A DNA stretch of 64,000 nucleotides from the human T2T-CHM13v2.0 reference genome, Homo sapiens, in the NCBI RefSeq assembly GCF_009914755.1, contig NC_060930.1; one strand, written 5' to 3'. How positions within the stretch are numbered: the stretch's first letter is position 1; each line of letters begins with the position of its first letter. The position numbers were made by a program, and so were the translations under genes. This document shows positions 46,933-60,660 of the stretch, piece after piece. A model generated the notes under the pieces. The model did no database searches and was not told where the DNA came from. It saw only the letters and a program-made list of their open reading frames with translations.

Positions 46933-47239
46933 GGGTGTTTCTATGGTAAGAAATGTGAGTGTGCTTATGTTTAGCAGTGATTCTTATTTCTCTGTATGTG
47001 AACCAAGGATTAATAAGCAGTAGACCTGCCAAGTATGTGAGGCTGTATTCATCACAGTTACGGCCTGTGTCTGTCACTCTGCAGATGACTGGCTTATCCC
47101 TGGGGCTCAGGGGTCGCCTGCTTAGTGACAGGTTTTGGTTGAACCGAGTTGGATATAGATTGCCTTTGTGTTTGGATGCCACACATTCTTGGGAAGCTCG
47201 TCCTAAACCAGATTGCTGTAAAATAAGATATTGACTAAG

Positions 47240-48790
47240 TGTTGTTCCTATATATATAGAGAGAGATGAAGTATAAACTCTGCTCCCCACAGTCAGCATA
47301 ATGGAAGATACAGTCAAGGCACGGAAGAGGGAGAGCTCTATTCCTGGGGGTAATAATAGAAGGTGTCCCAAAGAATCTCAGACAAAACATTATAGTTGTA
47401 CAGGCAGAGAAGAAGGGGCACTGTGTTTCAGGTGGTGTGAGTAGCAGATTGAAGGAATGAAGATGTATGAAGGTGACGAGTCCCCGGAATGTGTAGTGTG
47501 GAGCGTGGCACATTGGAAAGTGACAGGTGATGGAGTTAGAGAAGGAAGCACGAACTGCTTCATGAAGGGCCTGCTATGTAACTTTTATAATTTGAACTTC
47601 AGTTTAAAAAGAATGAGGAGTCTTTACTAAATTTTAAGGGGCCAGAGTGAGGCAATCGTTCAGGTTGGCATTTTAGAAAAATAATTCTGCAATGTGGCCA
47701 GTGGAATGGAGCAGGGTCAGGCAAGACTGGTGATGGAAAGAGTTGTTAGGAGATTATTACAATCGTCCGAGAGAACCAGTGCAGGCTAAGCCAAGGAAAT
47801 GGCAGGGATGATCGATAAGAAAGGATGTAAAAGAGGTGGAATTAATTGGATTTTATCCCTCTACATGGGGAAGTGAGGGAAAGGGAAAAGCAATTAAAAC
47901 TAACTCCTGGGTTGCTTTTTTGGTGCCATTCACAGAGTTAGGGGTCTCAGGAAGAGAAATGTGTTTTGGGGTAGGGACAGGAGAGAGACTTGAGTCTGAG
48001 ACATGTTTAGGTTTGGGATTTGCAAGTAGAAATGCCCCCTTGGCAGGTGCATCTGTGTATCTGGGCCTGGCACAGTCGCCTGGGGTGGAGGTGGAGATAT
48101 GTGATCTATGGGCATATGATGATAGTTGGAGCTATCAGTTTAGCTGCATTCATCTAGGGGAAGGTACGCAGGGTAAAGACTGTAGAGGGCTGAAAACGAG
48201 TCCCTTGGCGTACAAATATTTAGTGACAGTGGAAGGAAGGGAAGCGTGAAGAAGACCAAAAAAGAGCTATCAACCTAACTGTATTTGTGAGAGGGGATAG
48301 TTGCAGCATGGTCTGGGGCTGGAGGGAGTTTTGTTGGTTTGTTGGACCGTTTGTTTAAAGGAAAGAATGGAATATATTCATAGAGGAGAAAGAGCCTTTG
48401 GAGAGATTACTGGTACAAGAGAGATGGCATGATTTCTAAGTGACATCTTTGAGGAGACAGAGTGACGGGATAGGGTATATCCAAGACGCGAGGAGATGGA
48501 TTAGTAACACCTGCCGCCTGACCAGGGGAAGGCACCCTTTTCCTGTTGTTACAAAGGTAGGAATGAAGGATTGAAGCATGGCTGCAGAAAAGGCACAGAT
48601 GTTTATGAATGGGAATACAGGGCTTAGACATTAGGGAGCTTCTTCTCTGTTGGCTTCTCTGTTCTCAGTAAAGAAGAGGACAAAGCCAGTTTTTTCCCCA
48701 GTTGAAAGTAGCGTGGGAGGGATAGACATTTTAACAAGTGAGATACATGATTAGCATAGTCTCTGAAGTTAATTGGAGAGAACAGCTAAT
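47240..48790 (-). mobile_element. Long degenerate L2
   Basis: Purine-rich L2-like motifs (TTTTAGAAAAATAATTCTG; GGCAAGACTGG..GGAAAGAGTTGTTAGGAGATTATT; TGGTGCCATTCACAGAG). Confidence 0.7.
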
Positions 48791-51014
48791 ACTTTCTTCT
48801 CCAAAATTTGGTTCTTGACTCGGCATGTGCTTATAGAGGCAGTCTACATTGATCAAGTAATTAGGAAGAATAGCGTGAAGCATCTGCTATGTTCAGGACA
48901 CTGTGATGGGGGTCTCTGCTCCAGAGGTCGTGATGTTATCCTTCTAGAGCTCTTTCCTCATTCTTTCATGTTGGTTACAAATCATGGTTGCTTGTCTTCT
49001 CTCACGATAAGAGACTGAAGTGTTGTTCCTGGAGCTGCAATCTGTCTATAGCATGCTGAACTCATTCAGAGGAGTATATTGTCTCTATATTAAATTTTGC
49101 AATAAATGTTTAATTTCAGAATAGTTCTAGGTTTACAGAAAAATTGCAAAGAAAGTACAGAAAGTTCCTGTATAATCCATATTCAGTTTATCCTATTATT
49201 ATCATCTTATATTAGCATGGTACATTTGTCACAATTGGTGAACCAATTTTTTTTTTACATTATTACCTGTATTCATTTTTGTTCTTTTGTTTCTAAACTC
49301 TCTTGCTATGACCTTTTCAGTTATCTTTGACAGTGGGAGAAGCACTTATCTACTAATGCTTCAGAAACCTGAGATGAACCAATAATTTGAAGCATCCCCT
49401 TTCTTGTGTCTTTGGGATTATCTTATCTTAAACCCTATGTCTTCTTATTTCAAAAATCATACACTTGGCAGGGGGGAAATGGTTGCAGAGAAAAAGTAAA
49501 TATCAACTGGGATTTTATCAAGTTCATATGACCCTACTGTGAGTTATATGTGTGTTTAATTTAAAAAGTATTATTATTTATTAAATGCAATTTGACACAA
49601 ATCTTTTTTAAAATGGGGTTCATCGGGGATTAATAATGAAGAATGTTTTTTGGTGACAAGATCGTGTACCATCGCCAGTAATAAAATAGTTCTCTATGTC
49701 TTTGCCTCTAGATGGCACTGATTTTATATTTGCCCATGATTTTTAAGCTATTGAGTTTGGAATAAAAAAGCCTGTTCTTTTCTGGCTAACACTGTGTCTG
49801 TGCTCATTTGTGCACTCTGTTTTTACTTCACTCTCAGCAAAACACAGAATTAAGACCCTGTTTTAGTTCCTGTAAGAGTCCAGCCATTACAAAATCATTC
49901 ATGAGTGATCTAGTATTTGCTGATGAATTCATAAGGAAGAGAGCATTTGTATCATGTAACCTATATGGAATCATTCTGAAAAATATTTAATGGATCTGTA
50001 TTTTCTCCAAGTGCCTTTTTCTGTTGTCGGTGGGCAGTTGTCCTGAGCTATTCCTCCAGGTGGAACTTTGCTCTCTGGTATCTGCTTCTCAAAGCCAGGA
50101 TATTTCAAAATCCTTTTAAAAAATCCCTTTTGTCATACTTGTCTTACAGAATTATTTAGCAGGTATCTTGTATTCCATGGGCCCCTTTGGGTTTTCAGTT
50201 CTCCGTCATATCTGTTTATTGTTGCCCTCCCCTCACATCCACAGATGTCAAAGAATCTCTTTACTTTTTACTCAGAGAGTAAGATTTTTCCTTCCTAATT
50301 AAGCTGCTAAACTTTTCTGTCAGATCCTTTCTAATAGAATCATACAGCTAAATGAAACAGTTAAAAAATATCGGCTTGCAGAAATATTTTATGGCTTTGG
50401 ACATAGCGTCATTCTTGGACAATGCAAAAATGCCTTGTAGTTTGAAAATGTTACATCAGTTGACCACTGTGTTAGGCGAGTACTATTGTTGAGTTCTCCA
50501 AGCTGCTACTGTTCCTCCTCCCCTCCCTTGCCATCTTCTCTCTTGTGTCCTGTCTCTCTCTCTCTCCTCTTTATTAAGATGCTGGTTGGCACAGCCTGGA
50601 CTCTTAGTTATGACCTCCTTTCTTTCATGTACTCAATCTGTCTACTGAAACGATTTTGTTTGGCTGCATTACCTAGCAAGATTTTTCTATTAGCATTCTC
50701 TTGGGTCATCTCTTCACTGCTCAAGTCACTTGTACTTGCGTTTGGTATTGTGCAGAGCAAGAATGTCCTGTGGTGTATCCCATCAGACTTTACCTTTTTG
50801 GTCTATTACCTCAGGCAAAGATTGACTTATGAAGCTAGAATTAGTGAAATTGGTGATACGGTAGTGGCTAACTGACTTACCACCTGCTTGAAAATTTCAA
50901 ATGCAGTTGAAGTGACATTATTATATTTGTCTTAATGTTACAATGGAAAAATGCCTGTAGTTTGAAAATGTTACATCTGTTTCTGATTTTCCTCTCTGAA
51001 ACAAAGCTTTCTGA

Positions 51015-51454
<440 letters not shown>

Positions 51455-52429
51455 TGAGGTAAGGCCAGTTTCCAAGCCCATGCTTGGCCCCAGACACCTC
51501 AGGCAGGAACAGTAGGTATAATTATTTCATCAGCGTTAGGATTAAGTTAGAAAGCAATGAGTATGTATTCTTTTGCATCGCACATGCTAAAAATATCCTT
51601 ACTCAGCACCCTTGATGGATCCTGCCTTTTATGAGTCCCCAGGTAACCACAGGGACTGCTCAAGTTCTACTGTTACTTCAAGGATTATTTTGATTGTTTT
51701 CTATGACACATCATCTTTCAGAATTTTATAAACCGAACAACAGTATCACAAACCAGTGTCTTTTCTGTGTGAAGGCTTTCTTGTGAACAGCTCCTGGGTT
51801 TGAGCAATATTTCTTTCCCTTACAGTGTATATAAGGAACATTTATTTGGTCAGTTCTCAAACATATTATGCCTACATTTCTTCTGCTGTTTTTCTTTGGT
51901 TCTCTTCTATTCCCTTAGTTTAAGAGGAAAGGGGCTGAGATAACCAGTGTCAAGCCCGGGTGTCCTAATAGCTGCCCCAGGTATGGCCCCTTTCCCGTAC
52001 TCCATGTTGCCTTTGGGAGTTCACATGGCCTCTAACCACACAGTGCCTTCTTATGAATAATGTGGAACATGATCATAGCTTACATGTTTTTCAAAGCAGT
52101 CCTCCTGGAATAACCCAAGAAACTGTTCACATTGATGCAATTGCACATATGCTAAGTGCATTTTAAAGGCAGACCTGAATTTATCACTTTTTGAGAAATG
52201 TATTAGTCCTTGTTCAATAGGAATGATATAACTAGGGTAAACCGTCATTATTTTATTCAGGGTGCCTAAAGCAGTAGAAGTGTGTGGAGCTATTGCAGCT
52301 CAGCTCTGTTCATGAGTGTTTTATGTCCAGTTCTAAATCCTATTCATCTGACCCTATTGCCCCTTTTAATACTGAAGCTGAAGAGAGTGATAGTATATAT
52401 TCCATCACGGAAATAACCACAGAGCCTGG

Positions 52430-52650
52430 AAGATGGGGTCATGACTTGGAGATTTTGGGTTGAATTCAGGCTCCACCATTTACTATGTCATGGTACATGT
52501 TATTGAACCTCACTAAGCCTCAGGGTTCTTAGTTGAGAAATGGGGAAATAATAAGGATTGTGAAGATTAAAGAAAACCATATAGTATGTAAGATAAGCAC
52601 TCAGCAAGGTAGCAAAGGTACTAAACGGTGTGTAACTATTAACCGTTAGT
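52430..52650 (+). mobile_element. MIR
   Basis: GGGTTGAATTCAGGCTCCACCATTTACT...AACCTCACTAAGCCTCAG...AAATGGGGAAATAATA...GTGAAGATTAAA. Confidence 0.75.
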
Positions 52651-53794
52651 ACTGCAAGTGGCAGTGAAGTGTGTTATAGGATCATGTTATCAGTCACAGG
52701 AACTCAGAGTCAGGATAGATAAGTGTTTAGCATTAATTTGTAAGGCAGATTGTATAGATGAAACTGGTGGTCAATAGTTATTTTTTTTTTAATGGCTGGT
52801 ATAAAAATGACTACTTTGGGAGCCACAGACCAGTCCTCAATATCTCCTTGAAAATCTACTATCATCCAAGCCTCATTTTCACTTTGCCACTTGTAGGATT
52901 TTGCAAAGAAGCAAATTCTTCTTCTGTCCGTTTTCTTTTTTCTGTGCCCTTTAAATGTGTGTTTAAAATCTAGACCTTTTGGGAAAATCTTGTTGGCTTT
53001 CTAAATTTTAAATTTAATTGGCTTTTGCAATCTACTTTTATTCTTAAATCTGATTAGAAGTAATTCCTTGCTCAGTAATTCCTCAGTAGTTCTGAACTAC
53101 TTTCTGTGGCTTTTGTAAGCAGTTGTAGTTGGGGTTGAATTTGTATTCTGGGTCATTTGGATTTGCACAAGGACAGTTAGGAAAATGTCAGAGAAATAGA
53201 AGCAGTCCTAGTGGAAAATAAATTATACAAACTGTTGGGTGCGATTAATGGAAATTAATTTAATTTCAATACTGTGGTATCTCCCAAACATAAAGGTAAG
53301 TGAGAGGCAGATACTTAGAGGTCCCTGGAATCAAGGGTGAGATTGGTCCTGGACTGATGTCTAATTGGCTGAGTGATCTTACCCTCTCTGGGTCTTTACC
53401 TTTCTGAGTTTCCTATCCTTATATGGCATTGGTTAATGGACTACAGTCTCTTCCAGCTCCAGTGTTATATTTCCATTAGAAATAATCTCTGCCTTTGATT
53501 AGTCTTGTTCTTCTGTGTTGTGTTGTGCACATGGCCTTATGAACTGCTGCTTTTCCTTATTTCAGGGTTTTGAAAACTTTACTGTGTTTTACAGTTATAT
53601 TTTGGTCATACCCATATAGTGCATGTATGATTAGATCTTAATAATTTTCTAAAAATAGCCTTAAAGTGACTGACCTCTTTTGCTTAGCGCTATTCTAAGC
53701 TATAGTACCTGTGAAATCATGGGTTTGATAGGAGAGTTATATATTTTTCTATACACATTGAAAGTATTATGTAGTTATTAAAATGAAGTACTTA

Positions 53795-53932
53795 GCCCAC
53801 CTGCTCTCTCAGCTACTCAGGAGGCTTAAGTGGGAGGATTGCTTGAGCCTAGGATGACCAGAATGACCACATTGGACTGAAGCTTAAGCTTTAAGACCAG
53901 CTTGAGCAACATAGCAAAACACTTGCTCTAAA

Positions 53933-53933
<1 letters not shown>
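53795..53933 (+). mobile_element. FLAM/FAM-like Alu monomer carrying a foreign insert of about 35 nt
   Basis: CAGCTACTCAGGAGGCTTAAGTGGGAGGATTGCTTGAGCCTAGGA[insert]TTTAAGACCAGCTTGAGCAACATAGCAAAAC. Confidence 0.85.
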
Positions 53934-53983
<50 letters not shown>

Positions 53984-54166
53984 TATATATGTGTGTATAT
54001 ATACATATATGTATGTGTATATATTATATATGTATATATACATATATGTGTGTATATATTATATGTGTGTGTATATATTATATATATGTATATATACATA
54101 TATGTGTGTATATATTATATATATGTATATATACATATATGTGTGTGTGTATATATATATACACAT
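53933..54166. repeat. Compound (TA)n/(CA)n/(TATG)n repeat
   Basis: About 230 bp of nearly pure purine-pyrimidine alternation with recurring ATATATGTATATATACATATAT units. Confidence 0.97.
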
Positions 54167-54583
54167 AAAATATATTGATTTTAAATATCTGAAAATATTT
54201 TTAAAATTTATTAAAATATATGTAAAATAAGTTTTCACAATGGAATGTGTGCTGCATTTTGGGAATTATCAGTGGGTTTTTGATTTATTGCTTCAACCAT
54301 TCCCTAATATGTCCCTAATATTTTTCATATGTACCTACATGGATATACTAGTATTTCTGATTGATCTATTGAAACTAGCTTGGTCGCAATAAATAATTGA
54401 ATCCTGTAATGCACAGGTAGACTCTCAGGATTATTATAGGCTAACCATGGAATCCTGGAAAAGATACTCCCACAGATTTGGATTCCATGTGTGTAAAGGA
54501 GTGGTGGTTATGGTGTCAGTGGCAGCAGTGGAGGGTCTGGGAGTGACGATGCAGTGGCTCATGTAGAAGATGACAAGTGCTTT

Positions 54584-54875
54584 GGCCGGGCATGGTGGCT
54601 AACGCCTGTAATCCCAGCTCTTTGGGAGGCTGAGGTGGGCGGATCGCGAGGTCAAGAGATCGAGACCATCCTGGCCAACATGGTGAAACCCCGTCTCTAC
54701 TAAAAATACAAAAAAAATTAGCTGGGCATGGTGGTGCGTGCCTGTAGTCCCAGCTACTTGGGAGGCTGAGGCAGGAGAATCACTTGAACCCGGAGGCGGA
54801 GGTTGCAGTGAGCTGAGATCTTGCCATTGCACTCCAGCCTGGTGACAGACCGAGACTCCACCTAAAAAAAAGGCA
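54584..54875 (+). mobile_element. AluSc
   Basis: GAGGTCAAGAGATCGAGACCATCCTGGCCAAC and CCTGGTGACAG; 19-bp TSD AGAAGATGACAAGT(G/A)CTTT at 54565-54583 and 54876-54894. Confidence 0.95.
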
Positions 54876-55385
54876 AGAAGATGACAAGTACTTTTAAAAT
54901 TATAATACAGTTTACCAGTGTGAGGTATAATTAGTATTATCACGCAAACGTGTTGTTTGGAGAAAGGCACCCTTTTCCTCTTTGACCGTGGGTATTAGAG
55001 CTGTCCTCCTTGCGTGAGGATGGAGAACTGCTGAGATGCTCATTGGTCATCTCCTCTGTGATGTTTGTTTAGTATGTGGATGGAAGGGGCAGAGTGAGTG
55101 AGACATCTCGAGCATCCTGCTATGCATTTAGACTGAAAATGTGTTGGCTTTGGTTTTTATTGCCAGGAATGGTCATGGCCACATTGGACCGAAGCTTAAG
55201 GCTCTGACTTCCTAAATGATCAAGTATTTCTCCTTGGCTTGAGTAGAAATTTGAAAGAAGAGTTTATTTTCCTCTGGTAACTACATAATGACATTACTGT
55301 CAAAGAGGGGACTATTTAAGCTTCAGAATGAGGAGGAGCATAAAGCTGAAATAAATGTATGTGTGTATATGTACATACACGCACA

Positions 55386-55750
55386 CAGTCCTGCACCGCA
55401 AAACATTTCAGTTTTAGTATATATGCTGCTGAGGTGAGCACGAGCAGAAAACATTTCAGTTAATGGCAGACCTCATATATGACAATGGTCCCACAAGATT
55501 ATAATGCAGCTGAAAAATTCCTATCACCTAGTGATTTGTGTTACAGTTGCCTACAGTATTCAGTATGGTAACATGCTGTTATAGATTTGTAGACTAGGCA
55601 CAATAGGCTATACTTCATAGCCTAGGTGTGCATAGTGGGCTATACCATCTAGGTTTGCGTGACTACACTCCATGGTGTTCGCACAATGACAAAATTGCGT
55701 AATGAAGCATTTTTCAGAGTGTATCCTCTTCCTTAAGTGACACATGCTTG
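55386..55750 (+). mobile_element. Tigger3 (Golem/MER7-type) internal deletion derivative
   Basis: CAGTCCTGCACCGCA...GGTCCCACAAGATTATAATG...TTGCCTACAGTATTCAGTA...TAGCCTAGGTGTG...TTAAGTGACACATGCTTG. Confidence 0.85.
55412..55441 (-). pseudogene. 3'-truncated (tailless) U6 snRNA retropseudogene, U6 nt 1-30
   Basis: Reverse complement GTGCTCACCTCAGCAGCATATATACTAAAA vs U6 GTGCTCGCTTCGGCAGCACATATACTAAAA (26/30, two mismatches are CpG decay); perfect 14-bp TSD AAAACATTTCAGTT at 55400-55413 and 55448-55461. Confidence 0.88.
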
Positions 55751-56247
55751 TGTGTGTACATATATGTACATATAAAAATTACAGTAAAACTATGAAGGTT
55801 TTATTACTCAGGTTTTATAATCTAAGTACCTAATTAGAAAATGTCGAACTGGGTGATATCTTATGGAAACTCTGCTGTTTTTCTTGTACCTTCTGTAAGT
55901 GACATGGAGTAGGGGCTGTTTGTTTTCTCTTTCAAGTGTCACTTTGAAACATCTGTGTTGTTAGTAAGGGACAGTGTTTTTTTTTAAAAAAAAAGCATTT
56001 GGTGTCCTTAAATAACTGCAATATAAAAAGATTTTTTTTCTTGATGCTCGTTAACTTTTGACGTCACACTCATTTTGCCATTCGAAGTGGTACAGAAACC
56101 ATATTCCATTGTCTAAAAAAGGATGATCTGCGTCTTTTGTAGGAGAGTAGGACTGTCACCTTGTAGGCCTCTCTCTTTTTTTTGCCGTTTCTTAGTTTAG
56201 CCAGGCTTATTCTGCAAGGCCCTGCTCTAGTTCTCTTTTCTAGCTGA

Positions 56248-56559
<312 letters not shown>

Positions 56560-58329
56560 ACTGATTGGTTTTTAATATATAATTGCAAGTAAATACTTCC
56601 TTTTATTACCAAACTAGATCAGGTAACAGAATTTTCACTTTTCCTGGACTATAAAAGATATTCTTTGGAACCTGGGGTCTTTCTGGCCCTGATCAGTTAT
56701 TTATATTTTTGTTTAGTAGGGATGACACTCTCTACCTGGAGCCACATTTTGACCAAGAACACCTCATTTTTCTCTGTACCATTACTAGTGAAATATTCCC
56801 CTCCATTTCATCTTATTAGTTCTCCTCTCCTTATTCTCCACTAATTAACGTGTTCTGGGAGTAGTTTCCATCTTTGGAAAAAACAGCTTTATCTTCATTT
56901 GTAGGAATATCAAAACACTGTGTGCTTATAATAATTTTGGGGTTGGCCACTGTATTTCTAGCATTAGGAGAGACTGATGTTTGAATCCTTTCCTATTCCT
57001 CTTTTTATCCTTGTAGTAACATTTGTTGTTTTCTCTGCAACTTCAAATGTAACCTTGCTTATTGAGGAAATGTATAAAATATCTAAAAGCACTGAGAAGA
57101 AAAAAATTATGGGCAATCTGACCACCTAGTGGTGATAAATGTTTTTAATGTTATGGTTTTGTTTTAAATCTTGAATTTTAATGTTAATGTCATAGCCCAC
57201 TGACATTCTAGTATTCTATTAGGATAACTCTATTTCATATATAACTATTCTTTAAAGAAAATTGTTATTGCTTGCTAATTTAATCTGTTGTATTTACTAA
57301 ATTCATTGTTCTTAAAGAATAATGTTCATGAAACCTGGAATTCATATAAACTGCTTCCCAAGAGCTCCATGTTGCATGTATATTATGTTTAAAAGGTACT
57401 GAGAGATTTTTAAAAATAGATTCTAGTAATTAAAGGCTATTTTTATCTTTCAGTTAATTTCCTCAGGGGAAATAAATTCCAGTGATGCTAAAGTTGCTCA
57501 AATATTGTTAGAGTTGTGTTTAATTTCACCGTTATATATTGTCATTGGTCCTCAGCCTTCATCCCTTCAGAGATTTGTTTTTTGCATAATCATTTGTAAA
57601 AAATCATTTGGCTACAAGGCTGGAATTTGGGGTTGTCAAGCGGAGTAATAATACTGTTTTGATTAAGAACAAGGTATAAAAGTATGAGGATTTTTCACCC
57701 CCTGGGAGATTTATAATTTGATTCTGAAAGCAGTTTATGAAATCAAGTTCCGGAAACTTCCACTTCTTTCACAGACTAGATATGCTGGCTAAAAAAACCC
57801 CAACTAGACTCCACATAAAATAATTTTGTTACAATTTTTAGGCTCACCGAAAGTGACAGAACTTCCCAAGGGAGAGGGGAGAAAATGGAAGGAACTGAGC
57901 GCCAGGAGCAGTGAGCTGACATGAAGCGTGTGGAGGTGCTACAGCTGCTGTCAGCAGCAGGGCAGCTGAGCGATCAGGCCTCTTGGTAGTAGTGGCAAGA
58001 TGGGGAAGTCAAACCTGGGCCCCTCACCTTCACCTCTTCAAGAGCGGTAAATTGGTTCCAGGGCTGTTGCTGCCCTGGTTACACACAGTCTTTGAAGGCA
58101 AGTGTCCCCTACCTAGGCCCTCACGTTTCCCCCTGATTTGATATCATCCAGCCTAAGATCACCACACACAAACCATCCTGTGTGAAAATCAGCAGAAATC
58201 ACACCCAGTTGCTTCAGCTATTTGAATTCCTTGGCGCAAAGTATAAAATAACTGTATGAAATCTTTAAAGAAGTAGAAAATACAATCTCAAATACGTATA
58301 AGTAATAAAAATGGTTTTTAACAAAAGAT

Positions 58330-58840
58330 CATACATGAGTTATTAATCAATGAGAAGACATGGGGGAAATGTACATGCATATTACTCATGAAGGAAGACA
58401 AGCTGAAAAGGCTCCATACTCTATGTTTCCCTCTATATGATATTCTGGAAAACACAAAGCTAGGGAAACAGTGAAAAGAGCAGTGATGATCAGGGGCCAG
58501 TGCGGAGACAGTGATGAATTGGCTGAGCGTAGAAGATTTTTAGGGCACTGAAAACACTGTGTGATACTATAATGGTGGATGTATGTTCGACATTTGTTTA
58601 AACCCATAGAATGTACAACTCCAAGAGTGAGCCCTAAGGTAAACTAAGGACTTTGGGTGATTATAATGTGTCAGTGTAAGTCCATCTAGTGTAACAAGTG
58701 TACCACTCTGGTGGAGGATGCTGATAGTGGAGGAGGCTGTGCATGTGTGGAGGAGGAATTATATGGGATATCTCTGTATCTTCCTCTCAGTTTTGCTGTG
58801 AACCTAAAACGATGCTTAAAAAAGTCTTTATTTAAAAAAA
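58330..58840 (+). mobile_element. L1MC-type 3' end
   Basis: GAAAAGGCTCCATACTCTATG...ATTCTGGAAAACACAAAG...TGTAACAAGTGTACCACTCTGGTGG...TTTTGCTGTGAACCTAAAAC. Confidence 0.85.
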
Positions 58841-58998
58841 GAGACTATGCCGAATTGAGAAAGAACTAAATAGAACATGTAAAATTGAAAAATGTGTTTG
58901 CTTGAATTTAAAAACATGTCCTTTTTCTGGACTAGAATTCAATCTAGGATTACATGTTATATTTTTCACGTGTCCATCTCCTTTATTAAATTGGGATA

Positions 58999-59120
58999 GT
59001 TACTCAGTCTTCCTTTGTTTATTATGACTTTGATGTATTTGAAAGGTACTGGCCATATATTGTTACTCAGTCTTTCTTTATCATGACTTTGATATGTTTG
59101 AAAGGTACTGGCCATATATT
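58999..59120. repeat. Tandem duplication of about 60 bp inside L1M
   Basis: GTTACTCAGTCTT...ATGACTTTGAT...TTTGAAAGGTACTGGCCATATATT twice (58999-59061 and 59062-59120). Confidence 0.92.
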
Positions 59121-60329
59121 TTGTGTCATGTTTCTCAACTTGACATGATTTTGTATTTTCTCATGGTGAAATTCATATTCTACATTTTTGACAAAAATGC
59201 CATGGAGATTTTGTTGTGCCCTTAGTGAGTTCTATCATGAAGAACGTGGTGGTGATATGTTAACTCTGATCACTCGGTAAATGTGGCATCCATTAGGATT
59301 CTCCGCCATTATTATTTTCCCCTTTGTAGTTAATAGTGTTTGCAGGAAGATACTTTGAGACTGTGTAAATAGTTCTCATAATATTTTGCCCTATTAACTT
59401 TGGATTCCCTTGATAATTTTTGCCAGAAATTATTGTGGTGTTTGTCAAATGGTTATTTTCTTTCTAATTTATTCTAAAGGTATTAATTAGAATTTTACTG
59501 TAAGGAAGACCTTTACCTTCTCTCCCATATATTTATTTAATTATTTATATCAGTATGGCTTCATGAATATTTGGTTATTGTATGGGTTATAACCTATTAC
59601 TAAAATGATTTATTTTATTGCTGAAATTTACCCAGGTTTGGTCTTTGGGAGCCCCTTAAGTAGTTTTCTGTGTCCTCTGACATGTTATCATTTTTTGTCC
59701 CCATGAGATATCCCAGATTCATCTTTTACTTTCTCCACCCCAGCCCTGGAATCAGTCATTTCTTTAAGAAACTCTGTTCCTTTTTTATTAAAGAATGGTA
59801 TTTAGAAGCCTAGACCTGAGTATACTTATTGCCCTAGGGATATCATTACTTGTAGGCCCCCTCTAGTGACAGAGCTAGGAAATACATATACCTACTTCTA
59901 TTTCCGTATTGATGTATCTGCATATATGTTACAAAATATGAATTCATATGAGTACCTCCAATCTAAGCCAACACCACATGGCTCATTCTAGCCCTCCCCA
60001 TTGCCTTTGATAGTGACAGTGAGAAACCTGGTTCTTCTTACTCATGACATATTTATTTTCTTGTTCAGTCCTGGAATGAACATAAAGGTAGTTTCATAAT
60101 TGTTAACACATACCTCTGTGGAAAAAATTTGCTAACTAGTGTACAATATTTGCTATGTTTATTTTGTTTTTCATCTTATTTAGTTAAAATACTGTTTTTG
60201 AAAGTTATTTTGGTTAATTCTTTTCTTCTCCACTCTCTTTAAGTGGCTGTCATTTATTTAGAATAAACTTCTGTCCATCATTACTGTTTGTATTCCATTT
60301 GTGTTCTTCCCACCTCTGGGTAGATTTTA

Positions 60330-60334
60330 TATTA

Positions 60335-60379
<45 letters not shown>

Positions 60380-60660
60380 CATCATCATCATCATCGAGAC
60401 GGAGTCTCCTTTTGTTGCCCAGGCTAGAGTACAGTGGCATGATGTAGGCGCACTGCAATTCCTGCCTCCCGGGTTCAAGTGATTCTCTTGTCTCAGCCTC
60501 CCAAGTAGCTGGGATCACAGACGTGTGCCACCACGCCTGGCTAATTTTTGTATTTTTTGGTAGAGATGGTGTTTCACCATGTTGGCCAGGCTGGTCTTGA
60601 ACTCCTGACCTCAAGTGATCCTCCTGCCTTGGCCTCCCAAAGTGCTGGGATTGCAGGTGT
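60330..60660 (-). mobile_element. AluS with (ATT)n(ATC)n tail, slightly 5'-truncated
   Basis: Antisense dimer; compound trinucleotide tail at about 60330-60395; short TSD GATTTTAT. Confidence 0.93.

Noticed and set aside
56059-56066. Perfect CRE TGACGTCA (another at 34462-34469)
   Set aside because: Isolated 8-mers without promoter context; one lies in L1-derived sequence.
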